Virus record (IMG/VR): IMGVR_UViG_3300047564_005910
Location: 32,001-96,000 of that record
Source: a virus
Length of the DNA: 64,000 nt
Strand: one strand, 5' to 3'
The translations under genes and the position numbers were made by a program. The notes under the pieces are model-generated. The model made no database searches. It was not told the DNA's origin and worked only from the letters and a program-made list of their open reading frames with translations. The stretch's first letter is position 1. Every line of letters starts with the position of its first letter. Positions 1 to 8,846 of the stretch are shown here, piece by piece.

Positions 1-3000
1 ACCCCGTGCAAGCTAATAATTCGGTAGTTAAATGCTGTAATTCCCAACGACTGTTAATCTCGTTCCAATATAACTTAACCCCTGTAGCTCCAATGACCCC
101 TGTGTAAAGTTTTTTAGGTACGGTGTATTCATAGCTACTAGCGGCACCAAAAGCCGCTACTGTTATACTTTCGCTACTTGCAGTAGAAAACGTTACTGTG
201 TATGTATTTACTTTAAACCCTGATAATTCTGTTGGTAAAGATACAGACGAAATACCATATCTATCTAAGGTACCGTTGTACGCAAAATTAGCACTTAGAG
301 ACGTTAAAGGGGTATTATTGACCATTACAAATGTCTGAGCGGTGGGGTCATAACCTGCCCCTGTTAAGCTTAAAGATATACTCGTTAACGTATAACGCGT
401 GACACTTGTTTCTGGGCCAGTTTCATACAAAGAGCTTAACCCCGCCAAGGGAGTACTCCAATTTATACTAATAACCTCTCTAGCATTAGCAAAAACCTGT
501 ATATCACCCGGTACTGTTACTGGCGAGGCATCAAAACCAGGATATATAACACTAACTATATCTTTTTCAGCAGATAAACCAAGTTGACCGTATGTATTGT
601 TACCGGCAGTAAATAAACTTGTACCGCATAAAATAGCTGTGTGGGTATCACCGCATATAGCATCAAGATCTTTGTTTGTAACAACAACCTTTTGAGGGGT
701 GTTGTAGTTTTGATACGAATTTAAGCCTAACTGACCGTATTGGTTGTCTCCAGTAGCGTATAATACGTGATATATATTATCAGAAGATAATAATAAAGTG
801 TGGTTACCTCTGGCTGCAGCTTTTGTCCAACCTTGGTTATTGCCTATTAAGGTAAATAGGTTGCGGTTATTATTATCCCCTAAACCTAATTGACCGCTTG
901 TATTAAGCCCGCAGCTATATGCATTATAAGTGGATAACGATATAACTCTAGAAGTTGTTATTGTCGGAAAGTCATCATCTTCTACAACAGAAACAACCCT
1001 TACCGGTACACTTGATAGAGGCCCGGCGCTAAGAGCTATTGTATGTTGGTTACCGCATACTATATCCTTCCAGTTACCGGGGTTAGCAGGATTGAGGTCA
1101 TTTAATCTCTGAAATGTTGTATAACTATTGCCATACGAGCCAATTCCTAGCTGCCCGTATGTGTTATCCCCTGTTGCGTACCAAACATTTTGATTAGAAA
1201 ATCTTGTTTTTGCAAATGTACATGCACTTCCAGGTACAATCTGGGTGTATAATGTTTCTGATAACGGGGTAAAAGCTGTAACATTATTTGTATGGCCTAA
1301 ACCTAACTGACCGTAACCGTTTTCTCCTGATACAAACCATGTATCTTCTGTAGCTGATAATAAAAATGTGTTATTTTTACCGCATACAACGTCTTTAAAT
1401 GATCCTGTTAAAGATCTAAACAACGAAACACTAGGTATAGATAGTGGTAGACCTAACTGACCGTGACTATTCGATCCGGCTACAAAGACTTGGTTGTTAT
1501 TATCAATAACAATAACATGTCGATCCCCAACACCAATTTTTTTATACGATCTTTGTAATTCAGTAAACTTATATTTGTTACTGCTGTCGTTATTTAAACC
1601 AAACTGAGAATTTAAATTGTAACCTGTAGCCGCAATGTCTTTTGGTTTAAAGTCATTAATGTCAAATCCCGATACGGTGGTCCGAGCTGTAATATAAACA
1701 GAATTCCATGGCTGAGATTCTTTTTTCTTTAATGTATTTGAAAGATATTCTGCTACAAGACCAAAATACGGGCTTATATCATACTGGATAACTTCACCTT
1801 TAGGTACGTAAAACGCTGCTATTGTACGAGTAGCCATATTTTCGCGATATTTACCGTTTTTAATATCAGAAGCGGTTATAAACCCTTTGTCATAAAGTGG
1901 TTGTGATGATTGAAAATCTAGTTTTGCCGCAGTACCGGGCATGTCTTTGAGTACTACAAAGTTAGGAGGCTGGGTTAACGCATTACTTTTACCTGGGTAC
2001 ACACACGATAAACCAGGTGTACCGGTTAACATCCTGCTTGTAACAATATCAACAGGTGTTAAGCGTACAGAAGAAAGTGGTATCCATGTCGGGCTCACAG
2101 TTTGTTGATCCTGTGTCCAGTAATCAGATATAACTACACAGTCTTTAATACTTGCTCCTTTATGTCCAATAAAAACTAAACGCCACGGTTCGCCAATTTC
2201 TCTTGGTTGAGCACCTGATCTATTACCTTTAGGTGGTAAATCCTTCCACCCGTTAACATTATCAATACCTTTAGTTTGAGGTTGAAGAAACCCTATAGAC
2301 ATGTGAGTGTTTACTGCAGATGCATGAGCGAAAAGAATACCTGGTCGACCTGCATCGTATGTGAAGGGTTGAAATTTAGTATTTTTTCTTTGGTTTGCAG
2401 TTTGGTTTCGTATATCGTACCAAGGTTCTCTAAGGGCTACTCTTGAAAGACCTCGAGGATATATTTGTAAAGTAGGTCCTCCACCTTCAGTTAATGAAAC
2501 TCTATCAATTGGAAGACCATATTGTGGGAACGCACCTCTGTTTTTAACATTATTAACACTAGGTCTATAAGGGTACGGATAAACGTTTATATTTGTAAGA
2601 GGTATATAATCTGGTAAAGTATCTTTTATTATATAAACTTTACTATTTGTAAGCCCTGTAAATAAGAAAGGCATATACACAGTGTTAACATTTTGTGTAT
2701 ACGGTACACCAAAAGATCCATTAACTTTCAGTGTAAATGCATAATCTGATAATATTTCTTGAACTTGGTATTTTTTAGTTCTATCGTTTGTTTGTGCTAA
2801 CTGATTATCCGGCACAGTAGGTTGCTCTACGGCGTGTACAAAAGTAAATACTTCCCCTTTCTTAAGCATGTGTGGTAACTCTGTGCAAATAACCGGTATG
2901 GGGTTAGTTGTAGGGTCAGGGGAGCCCATATTGTCAATGTACCGGACATAATTTCGTAAAAAGTAACGACCTATATAACCTTCGTATGTAGGTGTATTTG

Positions 3001-5695
3001 CGTAATAGCGATCTTCTCTTAACGGTCCTTGATGGGAAGACCCTAAATTACAGCTAATCCAATACTCCTCTTTACCATTAAAGGTTTCGCGAGATATTGC
3101 CTGGCGGTCAAGTATTTCTAAATTAAATTCAAACATAGACCCGGTTACATAAGGGTATACACTGACAAACGCATGACCAAAATTGTTTCTAGATGAATTT
3201 GTAGGGTTTAGTTCGGGTCCAAGAGTCGCCTGATCCTCCCATACGGTATGAGGACCGGTTGTTCCAGTTTCAGCCCCGATACCGTAACCCCCGGGCATAC
3301 GTTCATTGAACATATTCATGTTTGCCCAGCCACTTAATGGGCTAGACAGCCATATTACGTCTCCTTTTACGCATGTTTTAAACCAGTCATCAGGTCCCTT
3401 TGTAGGGTCAAAGTCTCCTACAGCAGAAATATAGGTATTAAAAATACCTGTTCTAGTGCGAGGGGAATTAACCCAGGGGTCCCCGGTTGGGTTTCTTTCA
3501 TCGTAAACAACAAAATCATTATCTTCAACCTTACCGGGCGGTAATCTAGAATCAGACCATAGACCTACTACCCCTGGGTAATCGTCAGATGTTGCAAATG
3601 GGTCCCACCATTTAAATTGAAATCTATTACATGCAATATTTGTATCGCTTTGAAAAATACGAGCTCCAACTAAAACTTCTCGGGCTGCTGAACCTGAAAT
3701 ACCAAATGTACCCGATAAGGCCCGTAAATTGTACGCTCCCCATTCTTCGTGTGCTCCTGCTGAGTCTGTTTCATCGTAACCTGTATAACCGCTATCTTCT
3801 GCAGATAAGAGAAAAAAGGCTGCAGGGTTATTTGCTAAAATAGTTCCAGAAATTGACGGGTGTGGTATATTAAGTGGTTGCAACTCCGCGCCTTTTGTAA
3901 TACCTTGTACCAAGTTACTTGTTGGTTTCCAAACTACTTCTACTAAGCAGTTTTCAGATGTACTAATATTAATAAGGGACGGTAATATTAGCTTACTATT
4001 AGGTATCATTTCACCAAATGAGCTTTTTATTGCATCTGTTGTTGAAATACCTACTAGAGGTACCGGGTCTTGACTTACTTCTTTTAAAATGTCAGTGTAA
4101 CGGGTATTTTGTATCATTGTGCCTTCGTCGGCCCCTTCAATATACGACGAAACACCGTACTTCTTAAGAGAAACCCGTGCACCTGCTCGTGCAAAAGTAA
4201 AATACTTAATTTGCATTACCGGGCTATTTAAAACCGGTTCTTTAAATAACTGACCGCCTTCAATTTCGTGTAGACATACCCATTCAGCCTTGTCATTATC
4301 TTGGTTAAGGTATGCAAAAAATCTAGCGCCAGCTGCACCGTACCAACTAAACTCTATTTTGTACATTGTTACCTTATCAAAATCTATAACCGATCCTGAG
4401 GGGCCTTTGCCATCAACTGTATCATTCTTAAAGTCTTTTTGATAGACTTTAGTTAACTCTGGCGCATCCGGGTCAATACTAACAAATTTAGTTGCGGCCG
4501 GTGAAACGCAATAAAATGGATCATCAGGGTATGTACCTAATGTGCTTGTTGATTGAACATTGTTATAGTCGGTCTGTATGCCCCATGTTTTTACCGTTAA
4601 ATTACTATCCCCGCGGTAATGTCTACGACGGTTAACAGAAAAAGCCACTTCACTTAACGTACCCTGTCTTCCATTACCGGATAATTCAAAATAATATGCG
4701 TCACTTGCGTTACCTACACCCCAACGCGTGATATTACCTGGAGGGCTTTCATAAAAATCTTCATTACCTAATTCATACGCTTGTAAAACCTGCTCATCAG
4801 ATAAACTATAGGCGTTGTCAACACGAGCTTTAATACCGAACGTAAATACATTAGCGCGGCCCGGTAGATACTTAAATGATCTTTGAGTTTCCAGCATTTG
4901 AAAACCGAAACCTGCAGGGTGCAGGCCTGGAAATAAAGACTCGATCTGTGGACCAAGAAAATAAGGAGCACTTTCTGCAGCTAACTCTACAAAAAGCTCA
5001 ACACAGGATTCGTCTCCGCGAAACTGCAAACCAGTGCCGCGATAATAGTTCGGAAAATCAGGTAGTACATATTTATCAATAGCGGCGGATACCTCAGGTG
5101 TTATTGTTCTTGGAGAGTTAAACCACGTACTACTTTCACCCCACGGGTATGACATAGTGTACCAGCCACGGTGTTGCCAAATCACTGAATTGATACCGTA
5201 CCTTGTTACCTCTTCAATTTGTGTTGATGTTTCTTCTTCCCGAGGTATACCTAACATTGATATATCTACTTCTGTTTGTATACCAAAATCGTTTTTTTCT
5301 TTTTCAATTATTATATACCGGTCTATAGGTAAATTAATAGAAAGAGCGACATCTTTGTAATTTTGTTTTTTACGAACCGGCCCGACTATAGAGCTACGTT
5401 TTACAATATAACCGTTACTACAAAGTGTTGTGTAATTTGTTGTATCAATAGGTATACTAAATCTACGACCGTCAATCACGGTTGCAGGATACTCAATAAA
5501 GTTTATAAAAGGATTAGTACCGTTATCATAAACGGTAATTACGTCTAAATCTCCGTATAAACCGTGGTTTTTTTCAGTAGCAATTACCGTAGCACTACCC
5601 GGTACAACAGCAGAAATAGCTATTTTTGTAAATGTTGTATTTTCGCCGGGTAAATATTTTCTATTAAACGGTACTGTTACTTTGGTATCTGCCAT
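1..5695 (-). CDS. Large virion structural / tail-fibre-like protein with C-terminal RCC1 repeats (partial, >1890 aa, runs off window start)
   Basis: ATG at 5695 (MADTKVTVPFNRKY...). Frame is open wherever I translated it, and it is absent from the ORF track, consistent with no stop before the edge. Shares motifs with the upstream 1040 aa protein (KVTMYKIEFSWYGAAGARF, SFKYLPGR, SMLGIPR). Seven GxNxxGQLG-type repeats at about 560-1640. Confidence 0.85.
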   Translation of the reverse strand, partial: MADTKVTVPFNRKYLPGENTTFTKIAISAVVPGSATVIATEKNHGLYGDLDVITVYDNGTNPFINFIEYPATVIDGRRFSIPIDTTNYTTLCSNGYIVKRSSIVGPVRKKQNYKDVALSINLPIDRYIIIEKEKNDFGIQTEVDISMLGIPREEETSTQIEEVTRYGINSVIWQHRGWYTMSYPWGESSTWFNSPRTITPEVSAAIDKYVLPDFPNYYRGTGLQFRGDESCVELFVELAAESAPYFLGPQIESLFPGLHPAGFGFQMLETQRSFKYLPGRANVFTFGIKARVDNAYSLSDEQVLQAYELGNEDFYESPPGNITRWGVGNASDAYYFELSGNGRQGTLSEVAFSVNRRRHYRGDSNLTVKTWGIQTDYNNVQSTSTLGTYPDDPFYCVSPAATKFVSIDPDAPELTKVYQKDFKNDTVDGKGPSGSVIDFDKVTMYKIEFSWYGAAGARFFAYLNQDNDKAEWVCLHEIEGGQLFKEPVLNSPVMQIKYFTFARAGARVSLKKYGVSSYIEGADEGTMIQNTRYTDILKEVSQDPVPLVGISTTDAIKSSFGEMIPNSKLILPSLINISTSENCLVEVVWKPTSNLVQGITKGAELQPLNIPHPSISGTILANNPAAFFLLSAEDSGYTGYDETDSAGAHEEWGAYNLRALSGTFGISGSAAREVLVGARIFQSDTNIACNRFQFKWWDPFATSDDYPGVVGLWSDSRLPPGKVEDNDFVVYDERNPTGDPWVNSPRTRTGIFNTYISAVGDFDPTKGPDDWFKTCVKGDVIWLSSPLSGWANMNMFNERMPGGYGIGAETGTTGPHTVWEDQATLGPELNPTNSSRNNFGHAFVSVYPYVTGSMFEFNLEILDRQAISRETFNGKEEYWISCNLGSSHQGPLREDRYYANTPTYEGYIGRYFLRNYVRYIDNMGSPDPTTNPIPVICTELPHMLKKGEVFTFVHAVEQPTVPDNQLAQTNDRTKKYQVQEILSDYAFTLKVNGSFGVPYTQNVNTVYMPFLFTGLTNSKVYIIKDTLPDYIPLTNINVYPYPYRPSVNNVKNRGAFPQYGLPIDRVSLTEGGGPTLQIYPRGLSRVALREPWYDIRNQTANQRKNTKFQPFTYDAGRPGILFAHASAVNTHMSIGFLQPQTKGIDNVNGWKDLPPKGNRSGAQPREIGEPWRLVFIGHKGASIKDCVVISDYWTQDQQTVSPTWIPLSSVRLTPVDIVTSRMLTGTPGLSCVYPGKSNALTQPPNFVVLKDMPGTAAKLDFQSSQPLYDKGFITASDIKNGKYRENMATRTIAAFYVPKGEVIQYDISPYFGLVAEYLSNTLKKKESQPWNSVYITARTTVSGFDINDFKPKDIAATGYNLNSQFGLNNDSSNKYKFTELQRSYKKIGVGDRHVIVIDNNNQVFVAGSNSHGQLGLPLSIPSVSLFRSLTGSFKDVVCGKNNTFLLSATEDTWFVSGENGYGQLGLGHTNNVTAFTPLSETLYTQIVPGSACTFAKTRFSNQNVWYATGDNTYGQLGIGSYGNSYTTFQRLNDLNPANPGNWKDIVCGNQHTIALSAGPLSSVPVRVVSVVEDDDFPTITTSRVISLSTYNAYSCGLNTSGQLGLGDNNNRNLFTLIGNNQGWTKAAARGNHTLLLSSDNIYHVLYATGDNQYGQLGLNSYQNYNTPQKVVVTNKDLDAICGDTHTAILCGTSLFTAGNNTYGQLGLSAEKDIVSVIYPGFDASPVTVPGDIQVFANAREVISINWSTPLAGLSSLYETGPETSVTRYTLTSISLSLTGAGYDPTAQTFVMVNNTPLTSLSANFAYNGTLDRYGISSVSLPTELSGFKVNTYTVTFSTASSESITVAAFGAASSYEYTVPKKLYTGVIGATGVKLYWNEINSRWELQHLTTELLACTG
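560..1640 (-). repeat. Seven RCC1/BLIP-II-type protein repeats (beta-propeller) inside the partial CDS
   Basis: Translated units at about 50-aa spacing: ATGYNLNSQFGL, VAGSNSHGQLGL, VSGENGYGQLGLG, ATGDNTYGQLGIG, SCGLNTSGQLGLG, ATGDNQYGQLGL, AGNNTYGQLGL. Confidence 0.85.
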
Positions 5696-5698
5696 GGA

Positions 5699-8600
5699 CT
5701 ACTGTTCCTCCCATGTCATGCTACCTCCACCAACAGCTATTGTATCCTTACCGTCGAGTGCACGTGCTGTTAAGAATAACATATCAGGGTCTCCACCTTC
5801 TACAAGCGGAAAAGATAGATATTGCTTGTCAAAGCCAAAGTATGGTGATAGATCTAGATCAACGCCGCCGGTTGCAACGTTAAATGAAGCTAATACCTCT
5901 CCTGTGGCTGGTACTGGTGTTCTCTGCTCATATATATCTTCTTCTACAGCTATTAATGGTCGATCTTCTTGCCATGCAGCTGTTGAAGCATTATAAATAA
6001 TTTCACTATCCCCTCTCATAGGTAGTTCAGGTATAAATGCCCCACGTTTTAATGTGCGTCTGACACCCGTTTGCCCGACTCCGTCGTAATCACTCTCGTC
6101 GTTACATCCATTTACTGTCTTAGGGTTACCTGCAGCGAGTCTTCTAAAGGAGAAGGTAGCATTAAACATCGGTATACCGCCAATTAGCTGATAGTTATCT
6201 TCTAATACATCGGCTTCACTACTTAAATCCTCACAGCCAAACGATTTAAGTTTTAGTATACCCTTAATGCCATAGAATGAACCAAGCACGGCTTTGCCTA
6301 GATTCTCTCGAATAAGCGGGATAACGCAGTTGTTTCTGTTAAAATATACCACTGTTGAAAAGAGTACTTCTTCTGTACTAGCAGGTATTTCAAATGCTGC
6401 TGTCCACTTATTTACTAGATCAAATCTTGATAAGCCTTCTTTCCACGCTCTAGCTGTTAGAGGAGGAATTGAATATGCATACGGACCGTATTGTGTCCCG
6501 CCTTGTGTTATGTAGTTCCAAGATGAATGGTAATCTATACCTGCTTGAAGCCCTGGGCCAGGGTTTGTAGCGTTTACGGTTAGTGATCGTGCAGGTGTCG
6601 TTCCATCCACACTTATTTGAGAGGTATGCCATATAAACGCTGGTAGTAGATTAGATGGAGATGCGATACCTGACAAGGATGCAAAATACGGGTTTTTTAC
6701 AAGTTGTAGTAAGACAGGCTTACTTGTACCAAAACTTAAACGGGTAGGATAAACCTGGGAACGGTTACGTATATTGTTAATTTGATTTTTAACACGAATA
6801 CCTAGTACAGGTGTTCCACGACCTGTTACTGCTGTTAGCTGAACACTGACAGCTGAAACACCGACAGGTTTGTTCTCTGTAATAAATGCCAAACGACCAT
6901 CGTGAGATATATCACTAATCGATACACCTGGATAAACTTGATTACCGTTTATGTCGGTGCCGTACAAGCGTGCACCAATATGCCAACTTGAGAAAATACC
7001 TCTTGTTTCAAACCCTGTTGTGCCTTCTATTGGACGGACCTCAACACCAGATAAGAAGTTTACAACTTCATTATTTTGTAAATTATTAAGATCGACAATG
7101 CCGTTATTTACTTCATTAGCACTCAAAGTGTTAACAGTAAGTACTTGTCTGTCTGGGTAAATTCTTTTTTCGTTATCTGTTGCAACGGTATTAATATTTA
7201 CAGTACCTTTATCGCCACCGTCAATAAGGTAAGATGCACCGTATTTGTTTACACGCTGAACAATTTTATCTCCATCCTCAATGTTACCTGCACCACCAAT
7301 ATTGAGATAGGTAAACGGTAGAGTAGGGTTACCTAAACTTGGTGACCCGATTTGGTTTGATACTCGTAAATGGTGTATGCGTACCCAGCGAGCTAAACTA
7401 TTACTTACAGGTACATATGCTAAAAACTGAGCACCGACAGCGCCGTACCAGCTGTACTCAATTTTATACATAGTTACTTTTGTGAAATCGAGATTTTTGA
7501 CTGATTGAACATATACGTCTTGGCCGTCCTCTTGTACAACCTGTCCCGTAACGTTACCATCAAAATAATCGCTCCAGCGTCTTAGGTTGCTCTCTCCGTT
7601 CATGTTGTCAAAGTTAAAACATGAACGCGGAACACGGTATTCGTAAACGTTTGCGTACTCTTTTTTAACAGCAATTGGTTTATTAGCAACACCGCTGCCG
7701 TTGTCGAACGGAGCCCAGGCATAATACAGATCTTGTAAAAATTGATCCCAACGAGTACGTCCTACACTTGTTGAACCAAAGTTTTTCCAATGGTAGTCAT
7801 AAAACGCAACTAAATCTGGGGGAGGTAACTCCTGACCCGTTTCATAACCTACGTAAGGCATAATATACGTTATATTTGGCGGGCTTTGATTTTGATCTGC
7901 AGAGGTTGCCAGCATTGTTGTATCAAACAAAGCAGCATGGAATAATACTAATTTATCTCTAACAATAATAGCGTGTTCCCCTGCAATACCAGCATAAAGA
8001 CGAGCTGTTTGTGCGTTTGGATGACTGCCTGTAACGACATCAGGTGACCACTGACCTGGTCGTGCATAAATGGGGTTAGGTGGTATCGAATTTGTACGTC
8101 TGACTACTAAAAAGTTGTCCCGGTTACCGTCTCCGCGAGCTTCAAAATAATAACCGTTTAAGTTATCAAAACATCCCCACTTCTTACATGTTGAGTTGCG
8201 ATTATATACTGTAATACTCACACCCTCACCACCAGCATCTGTATCGTCAATGGTTGTGGCTTTACTTAGCCCGGCGGGTGCGCCTTCTAATGATGTGTCT
8301 AAACGGACGCCAAATGTACCAGAACTTACACGGCCCGGCTGATATCTAAAATAACGTTTTGATGTTAACCGAGAAAAATAAAGTATACCTCTTCCTGGTT
8401 CATAAAAACCGAGAGGGCAGCTTATTTGTGCTGCTGATTCTGCAGATAAGTGTTTAACGCCCCAAACGTTTGCTAAATTACCTGTAATTTGAGGATAACT
8501 TGTCCATTCTAAAGGATTAACATCATACGTATTAACGTCACCGAAAATACCTAAAGCTACTTCAGAACGCGGAATACCAAGCAAAGATAAACTTACTTGC

Positions 8601-8821
8601 GTAGCTTCTTTATTTACCTCTCTTACCGGAACTGGTAATTGATCTGTTGCAACTACAACAGGTACTGACGAGGCTGCTACTGTAGGTCCTAAATCTAGAG
8701 GTGTACCCCCGATTGTGCGTACTGTTATTTTCTTTGTTACGCCATTATTAACAATAGGTAGTAAATCTGCAGGGTCTAAGCCTTCAGCCGTTGGTAAAAG
8801 AGAGATAGGTAGATCAGCCAT
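5699..8821 (-). CDS. Virion structural / tail-fibre-associated protein (1040 aa)
   Basis: N-terminal MADLPISLLP...DLLPIVNNGVTKKIT motif typical of phage fibre proteins; RYQPGR and IEYSWYGAVG motifs; TAAATA late promoter upstream; located in baseplate cluster. Confidence 0.7.
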   Translation of the reverse strand: MADLPISLLPTAEGLDPADLLPIVNNGVTKKITVRTIGGTPLDLGPTVAASSVPVVVATDQLPVPVREVNKEATQVSLSLLGIPRSEVALGIFGDVNTYDVNPLEWTSYPQITGNLANVWGVKHLSAESAAQISCPLGFYEPGRGILYFSRLTSKRYFRYQPGRVSSGTFGVRLDTSLEGAPAGLSKATTIDDTDAGGEGVSITVYNRNSTCKKWGCFDNLNGYYFEARGDGNRDNFLVVRRTNSIPPNPIYARPGQWSPDVVTGSHPNAQTARLYAGIAGEHAIIVRDKLVLFHAALFDTTMLATSADQNQSPPNITYIMPYVGYETGQELPPPDLVAFYDYHWKNFGSTSVGRTRWDQFLQDLYYAWAPFDNGSGVANKPIAVKKEYANVYEYRVPRSCFNFDNMNGESNLRRWSDYFDGNVTGQVVQEDGQDVYVQSVKNLDFTKVTMYKIEYSWYGAVGAQFLAYVPVSNSLARWVRIHHLRVSNQIGSPSLGNPTLPFTYLNIGGAGNIEDGDKIVQRVNKYGASYLIDGGDKGTVNINTVATDNEKRIYPDRQVLTVNTLSANEVNNGIVDLNNLQNNEVVNFLSGVEVRPIEGTTGFETRGIFSSWHIGARLYGTDINGNQVYPGVSISDISHDGRLAFITENKPVGVSAVSVQLTAVTGRGTPVLGIRVKNQINNIRNRSQVYPTRLSFGTSKPVLLQLVKNPYFASLSGIASPSNLLPAFIWHTSQISVDGTTPARSLTVNATNPGPGLQAGIDYHSSWNYITQGGTQYGPYAYSIPPLTARAWKEGLSRFDLVNKWTAAFEIPASTEEVLFSTVVYFNRNNCVIPLIRENLGKAVLGSFYGIKGILKLKSFGCEDLSSEADVLEDNYQLIGGIPMFNATFSFRRLAAGNPKTVNGCNDESDYDGVGQTGVRRTLKRGAFIPELPMRGDSEIIYNASTAAWQEDRPLIAVEEDIYEQRTPVPATGEVLASFNVATGGVDLDLSPYFGFDKQYLSFPLVEGGDPDMLFLTARALDGKDTIAVGGGSMTWEEQ

Positions 8822-8830
8822 GTTGTATTA

Positions 8831-8836
8831 TATTTA
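8831..8836 (-). promoter_or_regulatory. T4-like late promoter core TAAATA (one of a set)
   Basis: The same hexamer precedes late genes at 14655-14660, 21394-21399, 28888-28893, 34608-34613, 36409-36414, 37177-37182, 37765-37770, 40218-40223 and 43039-43044 (variant TAAGTA at 32062-32067). Confidence 0.7.
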
Positions 8837-8846
8837 TTTAAATTAT

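Noticed and set aside
5699-5701. Possible genome-wide TAG recoding (alternative genetic code)
   Set aside because: Conserved genes are full length in the standard code, and TAG ends gp6, gp44, queF and gp43 at their expected C-termini.
399-6515. Short plus-strand ORFs (399-587, 930-1112, 3631-3843, 4876-5082, 5157-5360, 5363-5548, 5682-5996, 6294-6515) and minus ORF 4768-4971
   Set aside because: They are shadows of the long minus-strand structural genes; the region only looks empty because the real ORF has no stop inside the window.
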